From: Ascidiella aspersa
Lineage: Eukaryota
Length of the DNA stretch: 64,000 nucleotides
Reading direction: 5' to 3'
Assembly (NCBI GenBank): GCA_963924565.1
Contig: OZ004610.1
Location: forward strand, 30,194,001 to 30,258,000
The position numbers and the translations under genes were made by a program. Shown piece by piece: positions 14,201-29,200 of this stretch. The notes beneath the pieces are model-generated. The model was not told where the DNA came from, made no database searches, and worked only from the letters and a program-made list of their open reading frames with translations. Position 1 is the stretch's first letter. Every line of letters begins with the position of its first letter.

Positions 14201-17200
14201 TTAATTTGGCTTTTAAATAAATTTATTTTGGCCTTTTAAACTTTTAAAATTATTTTAATTTTCTCAAAATAGATTAGAATTAGAATTACCGAATTCTTCA
14301 AAAAACGAATTTCAGCTAGAATTTGAACTAGGACTACGTTTAATTATTCACGATCAATCTAATGTAAATTCTGATAAGAAATAAATCGTAAATATGTGTG
14401 TGCCAATTTTTTCTCCTATTGGGCAAAGCAAAGCTTTTCAGACTGTACAAATTACATACAAGTGGTTCCAAACAAAGACTTTTATTTCAAATACTTCGTT
14501 TTGACTGAGAGACAAAAAATGCCGTTGGACAAAGCAGAATTTTTGGTAAAATCCGAATTAGATTAGAACTAGAATTAGAGCACACAAGCAATTCATAAAT
14601 TAGATTAAAATTACAATTAGCCGCATTTTGCTCTAATTCGTTGAATTAAAAAGTAGAATTATCTAGTTGCCCAAGTCTGGGTGGGGTATCTACTCGGAAA
14701 GAGGCCCGGAACGACGCGCCAACGCCACAGAGGAATGCAAACAAAATGCCTAATGGACGAGGGTGAGTGACGGGATGAGCTGAATGTATATAGGGGTGGG
14801 CTAAACTCGACGAGGCATTTCTAAAGCAAGACACGGGTGGCGAAATATTCCGCAGAATTGCCCTCAATCGCAAAGGCGTTGTTTTTAGTATTGGACAACA
14901 TTTTATGGGGTATTGCCAGTAGTATAAAAAAAAAAACAACAACATGGTACCAAATCAATAGTCGTAAATATTTCGTGGCAAAAACTTATTAAAAAACCTA
15001 ATGCAACTTATTTAGGTCCTACGTCATAAGGCGTTTTTTTGCATTTAACGACATTTTAGGGGAATATTTGTCGGTAGAAAACAAAAACAACAACATGGTG
15101 CCAAATCATCAATAATAATGGTAAATATTTCGTAGCCAGAACTGATTAAAAAAACTTAAATTATTATGGCCTTACGTCATACTACGACGATTACCAAAAA
15201 ATACTGTTTTAACGGGTTTACCAAAGTGTCAGCGGTACACTTTTTACCTATCCACCATTTGTACGACAACGATCGCTACAAAACATTTAAAAAGTGCATA
15301 TTATCACAAACTCCACAAAAATACCAGCTAAATTTAAACACGAAGTCACGTGACAGCAGCTCAAGACCATTTTGACCTTCGAATCGACTTGGCAAACAAC
15401 AGACCAAACTCAAAAACGGCATCCATTTATGGTCTTAAGACATAACTGGTCTCTGAAAGCTTGGGGAGTGCTGCGGGTTTAGCTCAGCTTAAAGCTCTTA
15501 AAGGTAATAGCGGCCCAAAGCAGAACCCAAAGTCGGAAAACGCTTGTAATCAGTCTGTGGATTGTCATGCAGAAATGGGGATACTGGAAACGCGGAGGCT
15601 TAATCGTTTCCGATATGTCTGATCTGATAAATGCGAAACAAAAGAAATCGGCAAGTGATGAAACGATTTGAATGCCAAGGGTGCGTTTTTAAAGAAAGAA
15701 ACGCCAGAAATGATAGAATGAAAGAGAAAGTCGTTTTTCCTACGATAATTTTTTTGACTACTATTTGTCGATATCAGAGAATAACTCATTAAGGGCCCAA
15801 TGATAGAATGGAAGAGAAAATCATTATTTCTACAACAATTTTTTGATTACTCTTTGCCGATATCAGAATATATTTCAGTAAAGTCCCAAGCAAAACGGAT
15901 TTATAGACTGCTTTTCATCGGGTAACATTACTTTTTGTTTTTAAAAGTTTTTCCATCGAAAGAACAACAACAGAGCCATTTCTAGATGTCTGAACCGTTT
16001 CCAACTTAGTATGAAATCAGTCGCACGAAACCATGCAGTGTGACGGACATAGACTTCTGTCCATAGGGTAACATTACTTTTTTTTGTTTTTAAACTTTTT
16101 GCGTCGGAAGAACAACAACAAAGCCATTTCTAGATGTCTGAACCGTTTCCAACTTAGTATGAAATCAATTGCAAGAAACCATGCAGTGTATGTAAAGCGC
16201 TTGAACCTATAACGAAATGGCGAGATTGACGTTTCTCGAAACTTCGATCCAGTTTAACTGAGTTAACACTGGAGTGGTGTTGTGTGAGTGACAGTCAATG
16301 CGAGCATATACGAACAGCTGAAACGACGTGGGTAGCACGACTTACGACTCCGTAGGTTTGCAGGTGTTTCTCGGAACGGCCGATGTTGGGGTAAAGCCGG
16401 CCCCTTCGCCGACGGGGCTTCCCCAGGTTGTCCAGGTTCAGTTTGACCTTGAAGGGGTGAAAAGGAGGCGAAGTATAGAGAAGAGACGAAAAATAAGAGT
16501 TGGAAAAGTGGGTAGAAAAAGGATAGCAGAAAAACAATACTGGAATTATTTAAAGTATAGACACAAAAGTTGCTAAAAAAAGGTACAGAACAGTTGGAAT
16601 TGGGGTAACCTTTGATTTGGCAGGCAGAATGCGTGCTGTAGCTTTTATTATACATTTTCTTCTGTAGCCCTTTTTATAATAAAGTTGAGGACAAGTGCAG
16701 CTGTAAAACTACGATAACTAAAAGTCGATTTTGAGAAAAAAACCTAAAGGAACACTTTCGATAAATAACTTTTCAGCGAATCTCATACGGCTAATGCCGC
16801 ACCCCGACATATTGGACGTTAAATTTCCAGGAGTTTCAGGTTCGAATCTCGCGTCGGGCGCAAACTCAACAAGTACCGGCGCTTTTTCTTACCGGTTCAT
16901 TTTCGACCACGTAGGGCGCTGCTGGTTGGTAGTCGGTGATGCGACCGACTTTCGTGGGCTTCTCGATGTCGACCGAGCTATGGTGCTGGACGGTGCGGTC
17001 GCTGAAAAGGTAATAATGTGGTTTAATCAACTAAATAGAGATTGAATAGGACAGGGTTGCCGCACAATTTTGTGACAAAAATACATTTCGAAGACTTTTC
17101 AAAAAAAAAATTGTAGGTTTTCTTAAAATTGGACCTAAGATTGGATCGCTCGCGGCTCGACGTTGAATATTATTCAAAAGCAAAACAGTATGAGTGTCGT

Positions 17201-20200
17201 GATTTAACACAATTTAAACACTTTTAATAGTTTTATAATGGCACTTTTGAAAGACATGACTTAAGCTGGACATTTTTTAAATAACATAGGTTTTTTAAAA
17301 ACCTTTTTTATATGTAAATCAATTCAAAGATATTCAAACACTTGACTTTGTGGCAATCCTGTAGGAAAAATTGAATTTAAAAACATTCGCTTTGTGTACA
17401 TGAAGCCGCCTAAAAGTGGATAAAATGCCGTTACAAGGTCAAACTGGAGTATACAAGGGAAACGAAAACACAGAGCGTTACTACGATCGATTAATTAATA
17501 CATCGCTTCGCTTACACGGCTTCGTTACAAGCACATCATTGCAGTCTTTGTTGTCACACAAAGATACGCAAATTTTAACTAAGACCATGTCAGCAATTTG
17601 CGTTGAAACAAATATAACTGGAACTTTTCTATGTTGGTACTTCGTCCCTAGTGGATTTTTGGAACAAAATGCGTAAAGTAGAAATAAATTCACTTACTGA
17701 GATAAACTATGTTTAAAAATCTAAATCAGATAAAATCAGATATTTATAAACTTAGTGCCTTGAAATTACAACAGTTGTTTGTTGTGCGACTTTGCCAATT
17801 TCGTGAAGTTCAAAGCAACAGAAGCACAAATGTTGAACTGTTCAACTTACTTTACTGAAACTTGGTCAATGGCAGAGGCTGGTCGCTCGTCATTTCCTGT
17901 ACACAGAGTAAGAGTTTTAAATCATTCGGCGAAAAAGCTATCCAAAAAAACTAGTCATGCATTTATAAATTGTACTAATGCAAGATGATTTGCAAGAGTA
18001 GAAATTAAAATCCACTACATATATATATAGCATATACGCTTGAGATTTTTTAACAAAGGTAAACTTTACTAATATACAATAATTCACAGATGATCAGGTG
18101 TGCAGTAAACATTGAAATACGCATAAATTAACGCAATCCAGAAAAAAATGTCATGACTGCTTGGAAATATTCAGCAGCATTAAATAGGTCGAGCAAATGA
18201 ACATTATCTTAAAAATGAAGTTTCGAAACCCACTTTGTGAAATCTATTTAAATATTTCTAAAAGGCGGAATGCAATCCTTATTATTATGAGTTTTCAATC
18301 GTCCAGAGCTCATTAATAAGCATATTCAGGTTATGAAAAGGTACAGCGGTGTGCAAGTGTTACAAGTATATATTGAAACATATTTTTTAAGATAATGTAG
18401 ATTTAACTTTTTTTTAGCTTTGACATTAATTTTCAAGCCATATTGGAAAATATTAAGCAGTATAAAGCTGATAATATTAAGCAGCATTAGCGAATATACA
18501 ACCCACCTTCTCCCGTTTCAATCTTGTGCATTTGCTTGAACATGTTCTTGTACCAATGCTTGGAATCGTCGACCGTCTGAAACCGCACAATCAACAAGGT
18601 TAGGCGCGAGCATGTCCGACCGTATACGGCGCTCATAATCTGCTCCCTGTTTATCTTAGTGGCGACATTAGACGTTTGCTTCTCAGCAAATGTCGCGATT
18701 ACGTCACTGGTGTTTAAACTGTGTATTGCGCCATACTTCGTGATCAGTTTGGTTTGACTAATAGCAAAGGATATGACCTTCACCTTCTAGCGTAGGCCTA
18801 CTGGTTTTATGTAAACGTTTAAATTGAAATCGATTTTTTTTCACAGGCGTACATGGAACAGCTTACAATTACGACATTGTATACTCGAGCCAACGGGTTA
18901 TACGTCACAACAAGTTGAATCTCCAGCAATAGGTCGGGTGACGTTTAAGCTGATTAACTCGGTTAACAAAAAATCCAATATTATGTGTTTAGTTTTCTGC
19001 ACAAAACAGTGACACAAGTTGGGCGAAAACGAGTGGTTGTGATATTTAGGACAGTAGTTTATCATTGTGCATACAAACGACATTGTAGGTGTGTACTTTA
19101 TTGATTTGATTCACTTGGAAGCTGGTAGGCTGGTCCAAGCATTGTGTACCGATGTAAACCGGAAATTTTATTCGCTTTGATACCAAATGGTCCACTTTTT
19201 GAGAATCAACAGCTGTTTTTATTAAACCCTATTTCAAACGTGTGCCACTACACAATCCAATTACACCTTAGATTTGAATGCCAAAGGCACTGTGTACCAA
19301 GTATAGTGAAAAGAAGATCGCTATTTGCGAAATATAAATTCACATCGTCGGCAAATAACACAAACGCCAAATGGGCGTCACAGAAATGACAGAGACAAAC
19401 CGCAGACAACGACGGCGCGAAAGATTAAAAGTCACGCCCGTGAAATCCGCACCGCAAGGGGGTTCTTAAACTAGAGTCCTACTTTTAAGACTAGTTTTAG
19501 GGGTCCATGACGGCCTAATGGAAATATAAGTGTATAGTTAAAGAAGTAATCATTTTTTAGAAAAATACTTCAATTAAAATAAAGCGGTTTTGGACTGAAT
19601 GTAGACTCATTTACACTTTCACATTTTTTGGACAGAAATCAGCAGATTTCTGAAGTCTATTTGTGTTATTACAACAATTCGTGACGTCATTTTTGGAAAA
19701 TTGGTTCACACGCTGAGCCAAAAAACAATTTAGGCGTCCGCAGTAAAAAAAAGTTTAAGAAACTCAGTGTACTTTCTTATTTGTCACACAGCCACCAAGG
19801 AAATATTTTCGCAAATTCGTTTCTCCCCAAATTAAATGTTTACGTAAAGCGTAGGCAGCATACGGAATAGGAATTGAGTCTTATCTATAAGCCACGATAA
19901 GGCGTGTAGGCTATATCGGTTACATCAGGACACAAATATGAGCTATCAGTGATGAATTGGACAAAAAGCGCCAAACGTTTAACACGTTCTAATGGCATCA
20001 AGCCGTTTTACTAGTACTTTTGTTTTTTCCACGATTAAATTTTTAGATCAATTACACCAGGTTACACCATGTACGGATCTGTAATGTAGCTTGATAATGA
20101 ATTTCAAAGGCAAAAAGGTCGAGTAAATCGGCACCATTTCAATCAAAATTAACTGAAGATGATACAAGTTCGTATCGAAACGTCTTAAAAAAGGTGATGT

Positions 20201-23200
20201 CGATCTACTCGACCTTTTTGGCTTTGTAATTTGTCATTATCAAGCAATAATACACCAATTTGTACTAGAATTCATTATCCAGCAATAGTACACCACTTTA
20301 TTTTCATAAGCCTGTTGCTTTGGCTGTGTGACGATGCATTCTATACCACATTTTACGCACAAAACAGCAACAAGACAAGCCACTTACACTTCGCAGGGCA
20401 AAGGGGACGCCGTTGTCGTTCACAGGTCCGATGCCGGTGTGGTGAGGCGCCTTGAACAGGGTGGTTTTCTTGGTGCGTTCCAGCACGACCGACTGGTGGT
20501 TGCCGTTATCCGCGGCGGGGTAGTACGTGTCCGTGTGAACAAGCTCGCCTACAGAGAGAGAGAGAGAGGCGTCAAATGATTCCCTTTTTGTTTGGTTAAA
20601 GAGAATCGATGTACTTTCTGCAAAAAGGCTACGGAAAACGTATACCACTTGTTTTATTTGTGTCCTGTGGCGTGTTTATTCTGGGAAAACGTGAGCGCGT
20701 GGTTTAAGTATGAAACTACGAATATCGTGTATTTTCCCCCGAGCAATTACTCTTCGGAGTGCACAAAGAACATTTGTGAATTGTGTCCTTTTATATGCAA
20801 GGTATACTGTATGTAATTTATCAATGTGTACCATGTTACGCTTTTTCGCTATGTTATCTTCTGTGCGAACTTTCGAGCGATATTCGGCTTTAAAAGGAGG
20901 AAGTATGGCGATATACAAAAGTACATGGTCGTTAGCTGCCTGAGAGCTTTTCTATTATAATTTGTTTTCCGAGTGCCTTTTGCGCCATTTTTGTTAATAA
21001 AAAAAAACACTAAAAAAAGAGGGAGAGAGACAGCACGTTTTAACATTTAGCGTACATAAAACATAACTTAGCCTCATAGGCTCAAAGAATAAAGCAGCAA
21101 TAACCGTGAGGTGTTTGGGTTTGTTTGGTACATTTTGTCTGTTAAAACAGTAAGCGTATAAGAAATATTTCTTATAGTGCTAAATACACAATTTTCCTTA
21201 AAAGTAAATACCGCCGTATTTTCCGATCATTGCAAGCGAAACTTTAAAAACAAAAATTCAGCGAAATGACTGCAGATGCCAAATCCGTAAACCGCGGTGA
21301 TTTTTAGTGCTTAAATTTGTTTTCCGAAATTTTACAATGTCAACAAACGTGCTTTAGAAATTAAAACGAAAGTACCTAGTGAACGGGTTAAATGTATGCA
21401 CGCTATGACAGAAAATGAATATGTGATAATGGAAATTTTTTGACCCTTGCAAGATAAATGTCGACCTCAATTCCTGATCAGTAACAGCAGAATACTCTAG
21501 CAAATCAGGTCAGACACTATTAAAAGATCTTATATTTATATATATAGTTCGTCAGCAAAGGCATCGAATGATTCATTCGAATTAAGATATACTGACGATG
21601 CCTTTGCTGGCGAAATATATATATAAATATATATGTTAAGATCTTTTAATAGTGTCTGAACTGAATTGCTAGCTTTGCGTATACTGCTGTAATATGAAAA
21701 TAGGTTTATGGTTGTACCTTATCTGCTAACAATGGTGGACTAAGCACTCTTATAGCATTCCTTAATAAATTAATTTTCTGAAAATGTAGAATAATAATAA
21801 ATGTGCTTTAGATATCAAGGCCAAAATACTACGGAAACTCGGCAAAAGTATGCACCATTTCAAAAATATATAGGTTTATGGTTGTACCTTATCTGCTAAC
21901 AAAAGTGGACTAAGCACTCTTAGCCTTCCTTACCTTCCTGGGTTGTTGTTTGATAGACAGCGCCTTCGGGAAGCTTCTCATTCGGGGTAATTCCAGTCTT
22001 GGCTGCACAAACAAATCGGTCAGCTGTTAACTGACACAGTCAACTATAAGCGTGACCTATGTGACCAGCTTAAGAAATTAGAAACATTTGTTACCGTGAT
22101 TCACTGCTCTATATTTCCCAGATTACAACTAGGGAAGTGAGATATTAGGCGAACCTAGGGTGGTTTCGGCGCCGATCCAATTAGTAATGACGTCATTTAT
22201 GGAATAGGATCGGATCACGATATTTTTCTCCAAAATATCGGTTATCGCAATCGAAATAAAATGCCGAGTATAGGAAATCCGTAATTCGAATCGTGTATGC
22301 GTGGTCATGTGCATTGTACAGTGAATAAAGTGGTTTGAGTGACCGAAGTGCCTCCTTGACTTTTTACTGGTTAAAATATACTTGTACACCTACAGTAAGA
22401 TCATTGCCGATAATTCTAGACTTTTTGGTGGAAATTAAAAGGTCCAATTTTGTAATTATCAGTGTTTTGAAAATTCCTTTGCGGTCACAAAAGCCAAACA
22501 TTAGAAAAACCCTCATTGTACCAATGACCACCTGGCTTGAACAACAGTTTCATTTAAAACCGTGCCTTTGTCATAAAATGGCCTATGCTGAGCTAATAGC
22601 TAGGTTGACAGTTTACTGAACATTATTTCGAACATCATGAGCGCATTGGGCATATCTAATACAAGCGTGTTTGCTTGTACGTTAGCGTTGTATATTGTTC
22701 GACTAAATATGTCGTCATGTTACACACCGAAAAACATTGTTAAAATGGACAAAAATGAAACAAAATAGCATACTGCAGTGTTAAAGCAGTGCTTCTGTGC
22801 GTGTAACTTGATTGTTTTTGACTAATTGTAATTTTATGATATAACACCCATTAATTAATATAACCGCATGACAGATTTTTGGTAAATCGCTTTACTGAAA
22901 AAAGGTTTAAACATGAAATTAGTAGGAAAAGAAAAAATGGCATCGAAATTATACACAAAGAATAAAGACCTAGGGTGACAAACGATGTTATTTAAAGTCA
23001 TACTCAACAGCGGCCAACTTTGAAAAACCGGTTAAACCATTGTTTGAAACAAGGAAATCCGCCCGGTTATAGAAACAATAGTCGGTGCATTCTTACCATT
23101 TTGCGAAGTTGGGAAGGGTTTTCCTGCCACAGAGAAAGTGCTGGAACTCTCAACCTTGGCTTGGGATGAGTTGCTTGGTTTCTGCAATGCAAAAATTCAA

Positions 23201-26200
23201 TTTAGGTTCGGCTTCACTATAAAGCAGTTGTTCTTAACCTTGTTTCTTGTTGCACCCCTCTCAAATAACCAACCAATTTTCGCACCCCTTCTAAAATTGC
23301 TTAAATCACAATAACCATTTGAATTTTATTTTTATACAAGTAACTGGTACCATAGTAACACAACACCAAAATATGAGTTAGTTTTACATTTAGCTGAGCA
23401 GAAAATCAATTACAATAATTCTTTTTCTGTATCTGATTCAGAATCCCGCACCCCTTAGGAACAGAGCACCCCTGGCTAAGAAACCCTACTATAAACTAAA
23501 GTTATGTTCTAACAAATGTTGCACGTGACGACAATTGTACAGTATAAAGCAGTGGTTATTAACCTTTTTTGTGTCGTAACCATCAAGGATATTTTAGTAA
23601 GACGGAGTAGAAACATCAAAGAACAGATAGAAGTAGGTAATATTTTTAACGTTTCTAATATCTCTTTAGTTATTTTTAACATGGCCATATTCCAGCTACA
23701 TTGAGGATAACTTAATGAATTCAATTACACCTTTTAAAATTGTATGAACCGAAACTACACCAATAAAACGATCTAACGAGGCTGATAGCACTTCTTGCTG
23801 TTTAACGTTCAGAGACTGTAATATATCATTCTAAAAATTACCCCCTTTATAAAGATAATTACCCAGCGGCAAGAACCACTGCCAAATAGCTTAATTGTTA
23901 TATACAGTATAAATATATATATATACATATATATATAAACGTATTCCCCGAAAATTGGCATACATTAAGTATCAGATGCATTACTTAGTTCAAAAGTTTA
24001 ATGGGGCTATCGTGACGTTAAAAAATGATAAGTTCATAACCTATAGTAATCTTTAAGTAATGCATTTTTTTCAGAAATGGTTCAGATGTGTGGTATAATC
24101 AATAACTGTGTGCTTTCAAGATAAAACGCTGTTAAAAACAGGCAGCGGGTGCGAATTTAACCCTCCCATTGACAGGAAGTACGTGGTAAGTATTTTTTTG
24201 TTGAGATGTTCGTCTTTTTTGGCCAGAGTACTTGACTATATGTTGTGTCCGTAAATCTCGTTGTCAATTCGTTACAGGTAAGGCGTTTATCGTGAATATT
24301 TCGTGGTGGAAGCATTATAAGATTTGCCAAAACCACTGCTAAATGCCATTTTATAGTAAAAAAGTGATGGATCAAAACCTTTATCTCGTAGTAAAGGCAA
24401 GGTGCCTTTAACATTACAATGATACATAAAATAAAACAAAACTACCATTTTAAAGTGCAGCAAAATTAAAAGGAGGAAAATTAATAGGTCACGTCACATG
24501 TCGTAGTACAGACAAGGTTCTAAGCGATTACAAGCTCTACATCAGTGGTTCCCAACCTTTTTTCTTTCGTAGCCCATTTTCGTTGTACAAAAATTCTGTG
24601 GCCCTAAACATTTTTATGAATGGACAAACTATAAAAAGGTTTAAAACAAAATATAGCAAAGCCTAATAACAATAAATTTACATTTCATTTACATTCCTAC
24701 TCAATTCCTCCCCAAGCCATTATTCCTGTAAAATTAGGTATAGTGACTCAAATGAAACTAAATTCTTTAAAAAATCTAGCTTTTTTTAAATTGGTCTGTG
24801 GCCCATCTAAAAAGTTTCCATGGCCCACTGGTTGAGAACCGCTGCTCTACATAAAAGAGAAGAAACAGAGGTAAAAATATCCGCAAAACTTTGGAGTCCC
24901 ACTGCAAGCATTTATAGAAAATTGTAGATTTTAATGAAAGAGAAAAAAGGTTCAAACCACAAATTTCCTACTATGAGAATTTGCCGTGTGTCCCTCAGCA
25001 GGGTCACATAGCCGCCGTGGTCTTTCCCGTTCGGGCTTCTCCTTTGCAAAGCATCGTTGGAAGGGGTAAGACGCCCATCGCCGTTGGAGGGGTTTGGATA
25101 ACCCGGGTATTTACCCGAGTTGTTTGAGCTTCGGGAATCGCTTCGCGGTGAAGTTGGCGTCTCCTCGGATTGCGGAAAAGAAAGAGTTTCAAGTAAAAAG
25201 GAGAAAAGAAGAAATGTGTGGTTAATTGTCGCAAGGAAAAGAGAAAATGTCTTAAGAAAAATTTTATTTTAATATAATATTCTGGCTTAGATTGAATTTT
25301 TTTTACAAAACGTCGTAAGAATATCAAAGCTCATACAAAAATAGGTATCATTTAAACGTTTAAAATAACTCTTCATTCAGTTTCAACATAGATTATGTAA
25401 AATAACTTTCAATTCATTTTCAACATAGATTATGTAAAATAACTCTTCATTCATTTTCAACATAGATTATGTTTCAAAATGCTACCTAATTCTGTATGGG
25501 CGTTGACATTCTTACTACGTCTACAACCTCCAACAATTATGCTCATGTATTAACTAAGTTGGGCCAAAACAAGTCAAACTATTAGAGAAACAGAAGAAAG
25601 TTATTACAGAGATAAAGTTGAGTGCCTAAGACAGTAAAGAACAAATAGCGAAAAGAAAGCTTTTTTTTCAGCGAGACACAGGGAAATATTTTGCGCGTGT
25701 TTATCCGTCGTCGTATTTCAGTGCTCTTTGATGTCGCTCGCTGTGGTCTTGAGATACCGATCAACGCGATAAGCCTACTTTGCTCGAGATTTTCCCTGAT
25801 ACGACCAACACGTGGAAGCTTCTATTCAAAACAGACTCTTGATTATAAGATACTATATCAGTTTGATTATGCTAAACTTTCCTCCGTCGCTTTTGGAAAT
25901 ATACAAACCATAGATTTATATTGAGACATTTACCCTGCGCTTATACTATACACAGCCGATTGTTTGGTGTACAAAACGAGATACGATACACTTGATAACA
26001 GGACCACAAACACGTTTACCATGATTATATATATCGCATTATTTATTTATTTCCGTAGACTCATAAATACGTATCCTTACGTGCTGTCTTTTAAACCTTT
26101 TGAAGCCGACATGGCATCAATTCTCTTTAGTATTTACACACATAAAACAGTCACGTTTGCAATGTTCATATATATATCATTATTTATTTCCGTAGGCTCG

Positions 26201-29200
26201 TAAATACACATCCTTACAAGCTTTTTTTTAACGTTTTGAAGTCGACAAGGCATTTGTTCTTTAATGTATTTTACACACTTAACACAAACACGGTTACAAT
26301 GCTTATATATATATGGCATTATTTATTACCGCAGACTCATAACTACGCTAACGTATCCTTACAAGCTGTCTTTCAAACCTTTTGAATTTGACAAGACATC
26401 AATACTTTTAAATGTATTTTAAACAATTAGAACAATTACGTTTACTATGCTCATATTATTTATTATTTATTTTCTTGGACTCGTAAATACGTATCCTTAC
26501 ATGCTGTCTTTCGAACCCTTTGAAGCCAAAAAGCATCAATACTTTTTATTGTATTTTACACACTTAATACAATCATGTTTACCATGTTCATAAATATAGC
26601 ACTATTTAATTACGTAGACCAGTAAATACGTATCCTTACGTGCTGTGTTGTCAACCTTTTGAAGCAGAAAAGGTATCAATTTTCTTAAATGCATTCACAG
26701 ACTTCAATCACGTTTACTGCACAATTACGTTTACTATGTTCATATATTTCGCATTTTTATTTCCGTAGAAGGCTTAAATACTATTTAATGTATTTTACAC
26801 ACTTTATATAATCACGTTTATAAATTCGTATCCTTACATGCTGCCTTTCAAACTGTTTGAAGCCAGCAACAAGACATCAATACTCTTTAACGAATTTTAC
26901 ATAATTAAATAAAAAATGTCCGGCTTACTCTGGCGTTTGGAATGGTGACTGCACGAAAGCCTTTCGGCTTGCTGTTGAAGTTGAAATGTTGGCCAGGGGT
27001 GGTCGAGGCCAGTTCATCGGCGCTTGGTGGGGGAGGGAGGGGGAATTCATCGGGGGATTTTGACGTGGGGCTCCATACCGCTGGTTTTACTGAAAGTCCC
27101 CGCAAAAAAATAATTTGGGGGTTAGATATCTATTGTTGTGCACCTTTGCAAATGGAAAATAGTCGAGTTTATTTTGCACACTTTAAAACGCAAAACACAT
27201 AAATATTATTTTGTTATTTTTCTTACCTTTCTGATAACTCTTGATTCCATTTACTGCATTGTTGGGACTCTAAAATGAAATGTTTTTAACAGTCTTAGTT
27301 TCTCATGCTGTAATTATCAAAACATAACAAGTAATTTAAACCTACAGGACCACTTTAAATTTATATTAACCACCAACATTATGCTAAATAGGTTTCATTG
27401 GGTTATTGGTGACGCAGGTTTCAGGATCGACAAAGTCTATTATCTAGCTTCTCTATAAATTAATGGCTCAAAAAATTACCAAGTTTTGTTGAGTTTGATT
27501 GTTCAGAAAGTCACTGGGTGGAGGGGGTGGTAGGGGGGCCTGCACAAAATCATCAGGACCCGGTTTCATTGCACCTACATCAGTGAACAAAAATAAACAC
27601 TATTTATTTAGTGGTTAAGACAACACTAAGTAATAAAATAAATTTTTGAGATGAAGGTGCCACATAATTTAGCCAATGATTTATGTTTAATGTAAAAGTG
27701 GAAATTTGTCTAAGTAACTTTTTCACCTAAATACTTTAAAAAGTTTTACTTTTCTTTTTTTACAGTAAACTTAAAGTAATAGCTAAACTTACCTAATAGT
27801 ATAAATTATAAAGTACAAATATTTATCAACAAAGCTTTGAATAAATAGTTTTAAACTTACTTTTTATACACAGTAATAAAAAACATTAATTTTGTACCAT
27901 TTTTATACTATTCAAACCATTAAGTAAAATAGCTAAATAGCAGTCTATACTAGTCTATGCATGCAAAAATTACTGGCTTTTCAATGTTAGTAGGCATGCA
28001 AAGGACAGCAACCAGCCATGTTACCTTTTGAAAAAATTGCACCTGAATTAACTGCATCAGTTTCACCACATTCATCATGCCACAAAACTGCACCTTCGCT
28101 TAACAAAGAGCTAGCCATATCAGAGTCAAAACGAGCGACTACTACTACTACAGATGATTGACTTTCTTCAGGACACAAATTGTTGTTGTTATTGTTGTTT
28201 GAAAGGTTAAGGGACCCTGGTATTACGGAGCTTTCGTCTTCGCCAAAGTCGTCAATGTCATCGTCTGTGTAAGCCCTTTCCTCTTCGCTGTCAATTGTAG
28301 CGGATGAGGACAGCGTTTTCTTGCCGTCATTCAAAGGAACTATCCTTGAAACATCCTGATCTGTGAAATCGTAGAATGTGCTTTTCTCAGGTGATTGGGA
28401 CTCTGTGACAGTGATGTTTAGTTCTGGGTTGTTTTCCTGTTCTTGATTCGTCTTGTTAGCTGACAAGATTTGAGTTTCATCAGGGTCTGAGAAGTCAGTA
28501 ATTGAAGTCGATAGATCTTCAGTTTGTTTGGCATCATACACTGAACTATCAGTACTAGGAGATTGAACTTCAAGGTCAAATGTTTGCCTATCGCCAGATT
28601 GGCTAGTAGAATCTAAGGGCATCACATTTTCATCGTCGACGTGTATTGCACCAATTTTTGCCGACAAATCTGCTTCTGTAAGTGACACACTCCCCGATCC
28701 ACTGCTTTCCGAGGCAGAACTGTGCTTTCGAGAAGAGCTAGCTCCCGACTTTGCAGAGACAAAATTCACACGCTTAAACTTGGTTTTACCGGATCCAGAG
28801 GAAAACGGAAGAGGACATCCTGGAGTCCCAAGAGTGAAGTGACAGACATGAAAGAACAAATTATTAGAAAAAATCATGCAGCGTAAATTAGGCCATTGAG
28901 TATAGGCAAGCAATTACAATATAATTAATGTGTTGTTTTAGTTTTAGTTTGATGTCTTCTCTTCACCAACATTCTAATTAACACAGCAATTCCTACTCAT
29001 GCTCTTATTTTACAATTACTCCATAAAAAATTATTAATTAGTAGCGAAATGTTAAGTGATAGGTTTGGTGCATAAAGTGGGTTAACCGAATTATTTAGCT
29101 GGCATGCTTTTGAAAAAGACAATGATGTGTTTGCAATTAGTAAATGTCAGCAAAAAGTTAAGTCAGTTATTTTTTTATAACTATTGACAGCAATTAGCCT

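Noticed and set aside
16820-16862. tRNA gene (GGTTCGAATC B-box)
   Set aside because: No cloverleaf or A-box can be built; likely SINE debris or chance. Same for ~33003-33020.
26005-26900. CRISPR-like array
   Set aside because: Whole units are homologous with no unique spacers; eukaryotic context and no cas genes.
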